Of a stretch of 64,000 bases of DNA, positions 36,601-47,762 are shown one piece after another. Source of the DNA: Macrostomum lignano (Eukaryota); assembly GCA_002269645.1 (NCBI GenBank), contig NIVC01000462.1, positions 277,516 through 341,515 on the forward strand, given 5' to 3'. The notes beneath the pieces are model-generated. The model saw nothing but the letters and a program-made list of their open reading frames with translations. It had not been told where the DNA came from and did no database searches. How positions within the stretch are numbered: position 1 is the first letter of the stretch; every line of letters begins with the position of its first letter. A program made the translations under genes and the position numbers.

Positions 36601-39566
36601 TAGGCTTTAAGAGAACAGGAAGCCTCATGGGCTGTCAGGACGGTCTTGCTGAGCAAGTCTGCAAGGTCATCCACTTCCTGACAGGTGGTTGGAGCGACGG
36701 TAGTCAGCTGATCTGTCTGGCATTTCAGGGTTTCCGTGAAAGCCGTCCAATCAGTGTTCCGGACGTTCCTTTTCCACAGAATGTGAGGCTTGGGGCAAGA
36801 GGATTGCAAACGAAAACGAACGAAGCGATGGTCAGACAGAGACTCCTCTTCGTCCCACACCTCCCAGTCCTTGACTAAAGGAGCCAAGCCATGGGAGACG
36901 AGGGTAACGTCGAGGGCTTCCGTCCATCGCCCGTTGTCAAAGGTGGGGGTTCCACCAATGTTGCAAAACTCAGTGTTGGTGGTGCAGATTTAAGCAAGGA
37001 GTTCCTCGCCTCTGCTATTGGAAATATTACTTCCCCAGTGGGTGTGGTGAGCGTTGATGTCGCCCGCCACCAGCAGCTCGAACCTACGGTTAGAGCAGTA
37101 GTCCACGAGGGAGGTGAGGTTGGGTGGAACCGCGGGGCCATCGCCAAGGATATAGATCGAGGCAATGATGACCGTGCGGTTGGTGATAATGTGGTTGGAC
37201 TGAATGACACAGAGGTCTCTGTCAGAGAGGTCCGGTCTGTGCCAAGCTTTGAGGTGGGTAGATACGAAAATGGCTGCTCTGGGGTTTTGGGGGTCTTGAA
37301 AACAGTCAAAACCAGCAGGAATATTCGGAATCTTACCTTTCTTTGTCCAGGGCTCCTGGAGTAGGATGATGCCCGGTTTCGCAAAGTTTGCCACCCGCAT
37401 CAGGTTGGTCGAGGCCGCGATGCAGTGGTGCAGGTTAAGCTGCAGGATGTCCACTCCGGAAATTCCACGAGTGGTCCGCGCAGCTTCCTGCCGGCTCAAG
37501 GCGAGTTGTGCAGGAGAGCTGCCTCTTCTGCCTCGCCGATAGCTCCAGGCTCCAGCTCCATGGGCTCCTCCCGGATGGATTCCATGGTCGAGGGCGAGGT
37601 CGCTACCTGGGCGGCATTCTCGCTCTCGGCCCGGTTTTCCGGGGGGGGCCGCAGTGGTGACACTGGGCTGGGGGTGGCTGCGGTTGGGGGCCTTGGCGGT
37701 GTCCAGCAGCTGCTTCGCGCGCTGAGTCAGACCAGAGCGGATAGTTGTCCGGGCGGGTTTCCGGCCCTTTCCACGTCCGCCTGTTGCTGCAGCTTTCGCG
37801 GCTTTCCCTCTGACAGGGTCCACGTCCTCGGAGGGGTCGTGACAACCGGGAGCTTCTTTTCCTGGGCGTTTCCGCGCGGCAGAGCCCCCGACTGCCCGCT
37901 TACGCTTCTCCGGGGGCGGTGGGCGGGTGGCGTCAGACTCAAAGCTAAAGAGCTGAATCTGCAACATCCCGACAGAGATGATGGACATGTCCGGGTAGCG
38001 GAGCATCCAGCTATCCGACAGTCCAAGAATAGCCGTGAAACCGTCTCCGCCCGGCTTGGAGATGGTCTCGTGAACTACGACACCGTTGGCCGGTAGCTCC
38101 GGGTTGGAGGCCACTAGCAGGTGACGCAGCTCGTCGGCCTTGGTGATGCAGCTGCGAGCCGGGATCCAGGCACGGTGCCGGTGTGTCCGGGGTCGCTCGT
38201 CCTCCCTGTAGATGAACAGGTTCTCCAGCTCCGTACCCCAGTCGAAGGTTTTCAGCAGCTCGAGGAGCTGCTGTCCTGACTGGCTGTCGGTGGGCTGGAT
38301 ATAGAGGGCTTGGTCCTCGACTTTCGTCTTTTGGACTCGAATAGTAGAGCCGCTCAAGGCCATCTTGACCAGGTGGGAGTCCAACCTGCGCCAGATAAGG
38401 TCGAGCTGTTCGGCCGTAAGAGGCGTCTCCTGGCCTTGGATAACCAGGGCCGGCTGCCTTTTGGCCATAGCCGCGTAGGTTCGCTTCGGCTTTGTGGTTT
38501 GGCCAGCGCCCCCCGCTTTGGATCCCTCCACGGCCGTGGGAGCTTCCACACGGGCAGAGGTCCGGTCACGGGAGGGGCCAGCCGCACCAGGAGCTTCGGC
38601 GGCACCTGACGCATCAGACCGGCGCGCGGGTCCACCCCCTTGTCGGATGTCGGTTCCTCCGCGGGGTTCGCAGAGTTACCGGCACCCTCCTCAGAGGTGG
38701 CCGGAGGGGCGGCTTTCGCATTCCTCCGTTCCTCCGCTTTGCGCTGGAGAAAGGCTTTGTAGCGAGCAATGCTACGGGCCTTCTTTTTCGAAATCTGAGG
38801 TCCGCTGTCTTGTCCAGCCACTCCGGTATTATCCTGAGCGGCGGCAGCGGCAGATTGAGAGGCACCGGGGGTTCCGGTGTTGCGAATGTCCGGCTGGGCC
38901 GCGGTGCCAACCTCGGTTGGTGCTCTAGCAGCCTCGGACGTGTCGGAGGTAAATGAATACTCCATGAGTCGCTGAAAGGCGAGTGGGGACTAGAGGTGAG
39001 AAGCCGCTGGGCCGTAACCCCAAACCCAACAACCAGGCCAAGAGGTAGCGACCGGGGGTGGCTTAAGCCCGTACCGGCCCGACCGCTAGCAACCGAGAAA
39101 CTCCCCGGCTAAGAGCCCGGCTTGGAAAAACCAGAGGCCGAACCAAAGGACCAACAGCACGGTACTACACTGGGCCCTTGAGGGAAGCAGGAGGACTGCC
39201 TCCGGAGCCTGCGGACTGGCCGCATACCCTGTTAAGGTCAGAGGGTGGTACCTGTTCCTCAGAGCCGTGGCCAGAGGTACCTGATACGCACAGGTGCACT
39301 TCCGGGCGGAGCCCGTACCCAACTTGGCCAAAAGGCCACGGATGCGTTGCCGCCGCCGGAGCCCAGTCAGTCCAGCAGCCCTAGAGCTGCCTTGAACACA
39401 TGCGGGGCGTGAACCCCTGGGTCGGCTTGCGAGTCAGCTTGGAGAGAGTTCTCCTGCCATTCCTGCACCAGAATAGAGGGGGTGCAGGTGTGTAGGATCG
39501 CAGACCTTAGCCCGTAGGCCTAGTCTGTCTCATGCTACACAGGCGTGCTGTACCCGCCATTGCATG
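33654..39566 (-). mobile_element. Full-length non-LTR retrotransposon, LOA/R1-group-like (ORF1, APE, RT, RNase H, CCHC), 5.9 kb, multiply frameshifted
   Basis: 14-bp TSD cgaagtacaaggct (33640-33653, 39567-39580) and a 3' tail of (AAGT)n-type repeats. APE: QLNLHH, LQEPW, GDINAHH, SDH. RT: PGPDNI, LDIDGAF, GGPQGGVLSPILWNLVMD, YADD, LGVTLD. RNase H: [26 protein letters not shown]-terminal CPFC..EHFICEC. ORF1 (ATG 38965) has a DUF4780-like AWIP...LL..NP.L segment. Confidence 0.92.
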
Positions 39567-39580
39567 CGAAGTACAAGGCT

Positions 39581-41310
39581 ACGGTGGGATGCTGTTCCTA
39601 ACAGAGAGCTGGTTTTGCCACGACTAATCAGGGAGAAGCCACTAGAAATAATTCGGAGTGACGATGCGGTTGATAATACGTACCCACCTGTTCTGTCGCG
39701 CTTTGACGTGGAAGACGCAGTTCCAGAAGCAGATCAGATTCCTTCAATGGCAGTTGTTTTAGCTAGCGCTGCTCCACCAGAACCAACTGCGTCTTGTTCT
39801 GCATCATTTCTACGACTGCATGCATCGTCTAGCAAAGTAGCTGGAAACCTACGACGAAAGCTGTGTCGGCAGTGTTATAAATCGCGAAGCCGAGAGGGTT
39901 ATATCTTCTATAGCGCGCGGTCTGATGAAAATAAAGCTCAGAGGGCGTGGCCGTCTCTCTAGGCCGTCACGTGTATTTATACCATAGACAGTAATATTCA
40001 TACGAGTATAGCCCAAGCTTTGGTGTCACACACATGCATATGCACACATACACAACAGGCAGGAGAAGACGATCGATAAGCTGCGGCGCAAAATCGAAGA
40101 CTCGCAGGTTGGAAAGTTCAGCAGCAGCAGCAGCAGCGCCCTCCACCGTCTAGTGCAGAGCTCTATGAAGCAAACAAAGTCTCGCCACCGTGTCATGCGT
40201 TGGGCTGTCGAAGACATCTGCTCTGCTATTCAAGTGCATCACAAAAGTCCTGCCGCGTACCGACTTCTGCGAGATCAGTGGAAGATGCCATTTCCATCAG
40301 AGACGTCAATTAAGCGGCGCATCAGATTGTTTTTTCAGGAAGAAGGCGTTTGTGAAGTTACCATGAAGCTGATGAGAAAAAAGTTGCAAGACTGCACAGA
40401 GAAAGAGCGAGTGGCCACTCTTTGCTTTGATGGAATGAGCTTATCAGGATGTGTGCGTTACAGACAGTACAAGGACAAGATAATTGGCTTTGAGACTAAT
40501 CCTGCTCAAGCGGATGCACCAAAAGTTGTAGACGAAGCGGTAGTAGGCGTAGTTCGCGGTATTTTGCACAACTGGAAGCAGTCGATTGCATATTACCCTG
40601 TGCATCGGAGTCTCGGACAGGAAGGTTTTCGTAACGCGATTGAAAGTTGTCTGACGGCGTGTCATCATGCAGGAATTATCGTTGTAGCTTTGGTTGCAGA
40701 CCAAGAGACAAGCCAGTGGAGCTACCAAGCTCTTCCAAGCCGTTTCTGCACCACCCAGTGACAAACGAGCCTGTTTTTGTCATCATTGATATCCCTCACT
40801 GCCTGAAAAATGCGCGAAATGCTTTGTTCAAGAACGACATTGTGTTCGACGATTGCAAAACAGCAAAATGGAAGCATGTTACGGACTTCTATCAAGCCGA
40901 TAGTCGCAACAAGCTTAAATTGGCACCAAGGTTAAGCGACAGTCACTTCAACCTACAGGTTGGAAACAAAATGAAAGTATCTCTCGCGGCGCAGATTTTC
41001 AGCCATTCAGTCGCCAGTGGAATCCGAACTTCGGTGTATCACAAAATAATAGAATCCGATGGAGAGCAAACAGCAGAGTTTTTAGATAGAATTAATGGCA
41101 TAAAAGACTAAATTGCTGCAGAATCACGTGAGCCATTCAGTTTTGAGATGCTTCCGACACGCAAATGTGACCTTCCCCTCGTGCTCCGTGCACACGGAGA
41201 TCGTCTGGCAGCAACTGTGCGTCAAGTTCGCTCGTCTCAGACAGCATCACTGGTGCCGCTGTGAGGCCAAGCCGCTGAAGGATAGGACAGCGCGATGCTC
41301 AGCAAGCTGA
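39581..41310 (+). pseudogene. Remainder of the P-like transposase (fragmented, internally deleted)
   Basis: SPAAYRLLR..PFPSETS, LCFDGM, WKQSIAYY, LVADQ, DIPHCLKNARN and KMKVSLAAQIFSHSVA, then a C..H-type C-terminal segment (41113-41310). Frameshift at about 40730. The segment carrying the third catalytic acid is not found. Confidence 0.82.
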
Positions 41311-42149
41311 AAGATGAGTAAACGTAATTAACCTTTGTGTTTTTATTAAACATTTAATTGTATTTCGTTCTTTGTCACATTCGTTACCTTCAATTTGTTC
41401 ATGAACATTTGCTTCAACTACCGGGTAAGTAGCTAGCTTAAACTATAAAGTATTATTTTGTTTTCAGAATGCTTTTGTCTTGCCCAAATGCTTTATATGT
41501 ACGAGTATAATATTTTTTTGTGAAATCTTCTTTCAATCTGTGTATACATGATAAGTTGATACGACCCTGTGCATCAAAATATATACACATGTAAGTGCAA
41601 TGCGTATGCCTCTACAGGTGTATTATAACAAGTTTAAACCAAGCCCACATTTTTGTTAAATTTTTTTCATTTTCCGTCGGTAATAAACTTCAATGATTGA
41701 AAAATGAGGGTCTGAAATGTCAAAACTTTTTTGTCTACATCATAATCTAAATATAATATTAAAATTTTACTTGGTGCACAAATATATCCAAAAAACTCTA
41801 TACAGACGCCCAATTGAAAGTAGCTTATTCATGAAATAGGCGAGTGATCCATCTAGTGTTTTTATTATCTATGGCTGCACCTAACTTAGCAAAATTTTGT
41901 GAATTTTTTGATGACATACTTCTAGGGATGGCGTAAGCATTCGTGAACGCCTGCGCCTTCCTGCTCGCAAAATAGCTACTCAAGCATTGAGTACTCATAA
42001 TTCCAGCAAAAACTAGTTCGGAATCAAATACGTTTTGAAATCATTTATGTATGTAGTTGTAAAAAACACGGGCTCTGGAGATGATAAGTGACGCTCCAAA
42101 ATATTTCATATTCATATTTCATATTTCATATTTCATATTTCCTATTCAA

Positions 42150-43155
42150 CATTGATTTTAATTGCGGAACTCTCTCCACCAAAGATTCTCGGAAAAGCAC
42201 GTTGACCAATCTCATCCTCAACTTCAATGCTTTATGTCCAAGACAGTGGAAATCCGGCCTGATTAGATGTCTGCTCCACAGAGCTTTCAGTGTCTGCAAC
42301 ACCTGGACTAACTCTGACCAAGAAGTGAATTTTCTGACCAAAATGTTTCAACAAAATGGTTATCCTCGTGCGTTTATCCACTCTCACATTCACAAATTCG
42401 TCTCTGAGAAAATCGTCAATCAGCCTAGCGCTAAAGCCGATCACATCGATCTCAACGAACCAACTCTTGTCCTCCCTTTCTTTGGCTATCCTTCTCAACT
42501 TTTCAAAAATAAAATCTGCAAATTATTCCGCAACTCGCTTAATTGCAACATGGCCGTGTCATCTTTCGTTCTGCTAAGGTTGGCAACTTTGTCGGTCGGT
42601 TGAAGTCACGTGTTCCCTGTGCTCTTCGTGCTGGTGTCGTTTATCAGTTCAACTGCTCTGATGACCAGAGCGTCTCCTACCTGGGGAAGACAAAAAGGCA
42701 CCTGCACACTAGAATCAGGGAGCACTGGCTGAAACCGTCGGCTTTCCAAAACGATCTCTTAGAGTGTATTAGTTGCTACAACTGCAAACCCGAAGAGCGC
42801 TTCAAAGTCATTGATCAATGCTCATTTGACTCCAAACTCCAGATAGTTGAAGCGCTGTACATTAAAGCGCATTCCGTCAACCTTAACACTCAACTCCAAC
42901 ACAGTGGCGCGGGACATGTCCTCCGTGTGTTCTGAGGGAGGGGACACTGGATGTACATTATATACTTCTAACTATATCGCTATCATTCCGTCCCTAGACT
43001 TTGCCTCTCGACTTTTGGACCAACAAACATGTGCTTCAAATATTGATTGATTTTACACCCAAAGTTTTGTATTTATTTACTGCCGATCTCACTAGTTTCT
43101 TTCGCTCAAAAATAAACCTAAAGATGCACAGTATCGTGCGAAACGCGTCGTTCAA
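42150..43155 (+). mobile_element. 5'-truncated Penelope-like element (RT thumb + GIY-YIG endonuclease + pLTR)
   Basis: KSGLIRCLLHRAF...NGYP...LPFFG, a frameshift near 42560, then GVVYQFNC...YLGKTKRHLHTRIREH...EALYIK...LNTQ (GIY-YIG). Confidence 0.88.
43115..43152 (+). ncRNA. Minimal type-I hammerhead ribozyme vestige in the Penelope pLTR
   Basis: aac-CTAAAGA-t-gcac(agtatc)gtgc-GAAA-cgcGTC-gtt: stem II, GAAA, a palindromic minimal stem III, a GUC site and a 3-bp stem I. The core CUGANGA is mutated to CUAAAGA. Confidence 0.6.
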
Positions 43156-43439
43156 TTAAATTAATTTAATGTTGATTTTGCCTTCCTATTCATCGTACTT
43201 GCCAAGCGAGCAACTTTACCTGAATTTCATATTCGTACGAGTAAGCTACTCGCACACATGCCAAGATCATCTGAGAAGCACTTCGAAACAAATTATGTCG
43301 AATGGAAACCTGATTTTGTCACTCATTCAAAATATATTTGTTCTTAGCTTCTCTTCCAACATCTAGTAGATTATGTGTATTAGTTGCATTCCTGAGTGGC
43401 GTACAGTTCTGGATGTAGTTTCAGACACGGACACTTTTG

Positions 43440-43653
43440 AGACAATCCAGTCGGGTCCGGTCAGGCTGGCTGGCAGGTAGACGAACGCCAGCAGGTGGCA
43501 GGCGAGCAGCCGCTCGGAGAAAACGGCGGCCTGGCAGTCGGCTGTGGCGCTGCACCGGGCCAGGCAGTCAGCGTCAGACTGGGCAGCGGCCGGCCAGGAG
43601 GAGTTCAAGCACTAGTTGGACGAGACTGTTTTGCTTCATCGTTGTGTAGACGT
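43440..43653 (-). pseudogene. Orphan PAN exon I (no WSC exon upstream)
   Basis: Acceptor tttcag then VYTTMKQNSL, a frameshift, then NSSWPAAAQSDADCLARCSATADCQAAVFSERLLACHLL...LTGPDW. The 3' end abuts the Penelope fragment. Confidence 0.8.
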
Positions 43654-44467
43654 CTGAAAGTCAGCGTCTATGTCAGTAAGAATACCTGACTCATTGCTTC
43701 ATTCAAACAGAATTCATTGCTGTTTCTAAAAAAGTGCATTACTAAATCCATACAAGGCTGGTATACCTTAGTAAAATGTACTTAAAACCGTTAATAACAT
43801 CGCTAAAGTTTTATTAGCGATGTCACCTAGGTGACTAGGTCGTAAATTAAAAAACTGGTGCCTTGTCCAGCCTTCTTGGAGGTGACAATAATTTTAAGGA
43901 CATGCTTATATTTTCATAAATGGATCGTATCAGTCCAGGTAATTAGGTCTGGAAATCGTTCAAAACAAAAATAGAGCTAGCAAACATGCGGCTGGATATT
44001 CCGAATTTTTGTCAATTTTGTTCTGTGCAGAGTCATTGGGTGGCTGCACTCTGGAGTAAGTGAGTCTATTAAAGTGTCTGGGTCCAACTGTGTTGTTCAC
44101 GGAGCAGTGAATCTACTGTTGCATGGTAATAATTATGCCAAAAGCTAGTATGATTTTGTGAGTATCTTGCGGCGAGATTTTCTTAGAAATGGACTGGAGG
44201 CCGGTAACCGGAAAGGCACGTTTATTTGTCGTTTTGCTAAGTGCATTTTGTAAGCACTCGAGCAATCAGATTTCTATCGACCGAATTGGATAAAATAATT
44301 TTTTTTTCCTAAGATCGGCCATTGTTCGGTCTGGATCCCTGCATACCCGGCACACTTGCTGGAACTCGCATCAGCAAGGTCCGCAAAGTGAGTGAGTTCT
44401 TCAATGAATGAGAAAGAATTATTTTATGTTTTGATTTGCATCTCGATTTTTATTTATAATGCAATTA

Positions 44468-45068
44468 CACTCAGCAACAGTCAAAAGTTCCACCCTGCAA
44501 GCGAGGTGAATTTTTCTCACTTATTGCGAGAGACGCAACTTACCGGCAAACGCGAAGCTTATTGAAACTTGGGGTGGCTTGGGACTGCATAACGCATGGT
44601 ACAAAACAAAAGCCGCCACACCCAGCCGATGCTGTTAGTCAACTGAAAGAACAGCTGCAGCTGCTTACTCTGCGCTGGTCTTCCCGGTCCCCAGACATGA
44701 ATCATGTCTGGGACTTCCTAAAACGCAGCTTTCGAAAAGAGAATCCACCACAGAATGTTGCCACTGAAAACGCTTGGCAGCAGCTTCCCCAGGACTTTCT
44801 GCGCCGCCTCATCCTGATCCTCATCCTCATCCACAGTTCTGCGTGCGAGGGGATCCCACACGCGGTACTAAGCATGGCGATTCTAACTGCATATTGCATG
44901 CATAAAAAACTGTTCTGATTTTGTGCGACTAAACGTTTATTACTGATTCAATCAACTTTCCCTTCCTCGTGGCGGCTTAGTTGCGTAACTGGAGGGTGGA
45001 ATTGTGAGTGAGAAGTTGTCGCAATAAGTGAGCAAATTTTCATCTCGCTTGGAGGGTGGAGCTTTTAC
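44468..45068 (+). mobile_element. Non-autonomous Tc1/mariner derivative
   Basis: TA|cactc left end. Inverted repeats aaaagttccaccctgcaagcgaggtgaatttttctcacttattgcga / tcgcaataagtgagcaaattttcatctcgcttggagggtggagctttt. Internal WSSRSPDMNHVWDFLK resembles the Tc1 WP..SPDLNPIE..W motif. Confidence 0.75.
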
Positions 45069-45202
45069 AATCATTGCTTCAAGATGCTTTTAGTTGCGTT
45101 AAAAGCGAGAGATCGTGTCGCGTCCACACAAAATGGGTTAAAATAGTCAACTAAACTGTTTAATAATATTCGCAAGACATCCCAGTCTGGTGCTGCGTTC
45201 TC

Positions 45203-45936
45203 TCAGCCACGCTGGTAGAGAGTCCAGTCGGGTCCGGTCAGGCTGGCCGGCGGGTAGGCGAACGTCAGCAGGTGGCACTCAAGCTGGAGCTGGGAGAAAA
45301 CGGCGGCCTGGCAGTCGGCTGTGGCGCTGCACCACAGTAGGCAGTCCGCGTCAGATTGGGCAGCAGCCGGCCAGGATGAGGTCTCGGACGAGATGACGGT
45401 GAGACTGTTCTGCTTCAGCACAGTATAGACGTTTTTGTCTGAAATCAGTTTTGTCAGTTTAGATGGCAGTTTTACTTTTCACCCATACCGATAAAACGGG
45501 TATTATTTCCACGGTGGCAAACAGAATCAATTCACTCACTGGGGTAGCTCAGCTCGAAGACGGAATTGCGGTTAGCCGCTCCGCACTTCTGCCCCGAATT
45601 TCCTGTGCAGAGATTGCTGCACTGGCTTTCTCCGGCTGCACCATGGACTCCGAAGGAGTTTCCGCAGAAGCACTGCTCACCAACCTGGATACCGAAGTAC
45701 CGGAAGCCGCCTAGAGAGCAGACGCTACCGCACAGCTCGTGCGTCATTGTGGTCTTGTTGTACACGTAACCGCCAAATGTGATGCTGAGTTCACCGATGT
45801 TGCTGACTCCGAGTAATCCATTCAAGTCCCTTGAGCTTGAGCTGTCCACATAGCAGCCTCTGTAAGAGAAACTGATGGACTCAGAGCAGGTCATGAAGGC
45901 CAGAAGCCATATAAGCAGTTGCTCAAGTTGATTCAT
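45203..45936 (-). CDS. Secreted WSC + PAN/apple-like protein, copy J (210 aa; exons 45540-45936 and 45203-45438)
   Basis: MNQLEQLLIWLLAFMTCSES signal-like start and an 8-Cys WSC domain. Phase-1 intron gtgagt...tttcag (101 nt); exon 2 is open to YQRG*. Confidence 0.85.
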
Positions 45937-47762
45937 TTTTCCTGAAGGAAAAGTGTTAAAGCGCATTTTGGGTTCTCACGCTCACGCTTTTATCTTCCAA
46001 AGCAATGTCGTTAATTGGACATGGATGACCAATAGAAGCTGTCTGCTGATATTTGGTTCTATTATTGACAATGCTTTGTTCCCATCTGGATCCGTGATCC
46101 ATTGGAATGGGAAAGGCTCTGGGATTCGTTGCCATAGTGATGCAATTCCCCAATCAAGAAATCAATTACTGGGTGCCCGAGAGGCTTGGTAAACAGTGCT
46201 GAATTAGAGGGTCCATGGCAGCAATCAAGCATACTCCTATATTAACAGCACAATTAATTAATGGCATGCGTGTGGTTTCAGAACAAAAGCCATATGAACA
46301 GAAAAAGCTAGAACCTGAACGCCATTAAAGACAGTAAACAAGATCGCATCAGACTACTGGCATCAGATTTTTATAGTCTACTGAATACAAAAGAATTTAT
46401 TGTCCCTATTTCTGATTAAACTGTTCTCGAATAAATTTCAGCACCACTTTTTCCATTTTTCTACTCACAAAAGTAGTCTAAACTGTATCTAAATTATATT
46501 TTTGTAGATATACCTGCGTTACAAAGGTGTCGTCAGAAAGTGACTTGAAACTACAAATTTTATTAGTGATTTCCAGAACTGGCTTCTTACAGGCGGTCCA
46601 GGTGCTAATTTAAGACGTTCAGTTAGACTTGCCATAAACAGTCAAAGATTAAATACTAATATTTTAAGTTCAGTTTTGCCGGTACAAGTGTCACAACACG
46701 CTCAAAATCCCATTCAAGCAAGCATCAGTGTTGAATAAGTAAACACATACGCGTCTTAAATCAGTTAACAAGTGACAGTTGAAGGTTTTTAGATGTTATA
46801 ACGAGATTTTTAAGGATCCTGAGAGAAAATTTAAACCTTTCAATCATTCGAAATCATGATCCTTGCCCCATCACCTTCATGCAACCTTGACTGGCCCTGC
46901 CAATACTCATACCGAATAGAGCAGCATCACAACAGAGTCCGAAGTGACACGGCATAAGCCCACATGCACAGATATCCGACGTCTGTCCTCATCAATGGGA
47001 TGTCTGCAGCGTCAGTAGCTCCCGCACCGCGGCTATACTGGATGGAAAAAACTTGAGAACGATCCAAGGACCAAGCTTTTCTTCGAACTATTGTTTTCTG
47101 AGATTGAATTCAATTTTTTTAATTCTGCCATCCACACTGCTTTTTGCTCCGGAAGTATTTGTGTCCGTTACCAGGAAATGAGCTTGCTGCATGCCCTCAC
47201 AATGCATTTTGTTATCTTCCTCAGCAAGTACCTTTTTACAGGTAGAGTTCCGGAAGATTGCAGGCTGGAAAACGTGAGCCCCGATGTCTCCGGAGGTGCA
47301 TCAGTAGCGTCAGCAGCTCCCAGGGATGTGGAGACTAGGTACTGGATTGTTGACGATAAATCTGCGGTGAATTTGCATGCTCTATGCGATTATTTAACGT
47401 ATAAAATGCACTGATTTACTACATCTATCAGTAAGAAAATGTACATGCACATTGAGCACTATAGCTTATTAGGTGAGAGCCAACCTCTCCTTTCCTCTCA
47501 ACTCGACTTAATTTATTTGGCGAGCAAAAATCGTCTTGACACGATTGAAGGGAACTTTCTTCTCCAAAAAACTTCTTTTACGTAGATTCTATGCTCATAA
47601 AATTGCTCATAAAGTGCAGGTATCCAAAAGTTAATTCGACCGAAACTCAAAATATTGTCCAACAGAATGTTTCTTTTGCCTCTAGCTCTAGAACTTATTA
47701 TTTTCAGATCGTTGTCACGCTGTTTGGCCTCGAAGCTGCTTGTCCGTCCTTACAAGACTCAA

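Larger units (their letters stand above)
32942..41873 (+). mobile_element. P-superfamily (THAP/THAP9-like) DNA transposon, about 3.0 kb once the nested LINE is removed; non-autonomous
   Basis: TIRs cacagatactaaaacactagatgggtcac (32942-32970) and gtgatccatctagtgtttttattatctatg (41844-41873), with an 8-bp TSD gctgcacc (32934-32941, 41874-41881). Encodes a THAP domain and P-transposase motifs. Confidence 0.88.

Noticed and set aside
33972-38956. Plus-strand ORFs antisense to the LINE, and antisense ORFs over WSC-PAN and GIMAP genes
   Set aside because: Shadow ORFs expected from GC-rich coding sequence on the opposite strand; no recognisable motifs.
39420-39566. HDV-like ribozyme at the LINE 5' end (known in some LOA/RTE elements)
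   Set aside because: Nested hairpins exist (tgtgtag/ctacaca, cagac/gtctg), but I could not build P1/P1.1/P3 or the catalytic J4/2 by eye; needs an RNAMotif/Infernal search.
46960-47414. Two short related plus-strand segments (..SVAPAPRLYWME / ..SAAPRDVETRYWIV) as C-type-lectin exons
   Set aside because: Only a YW motif is shared; no Cys framework or consistent splice model.
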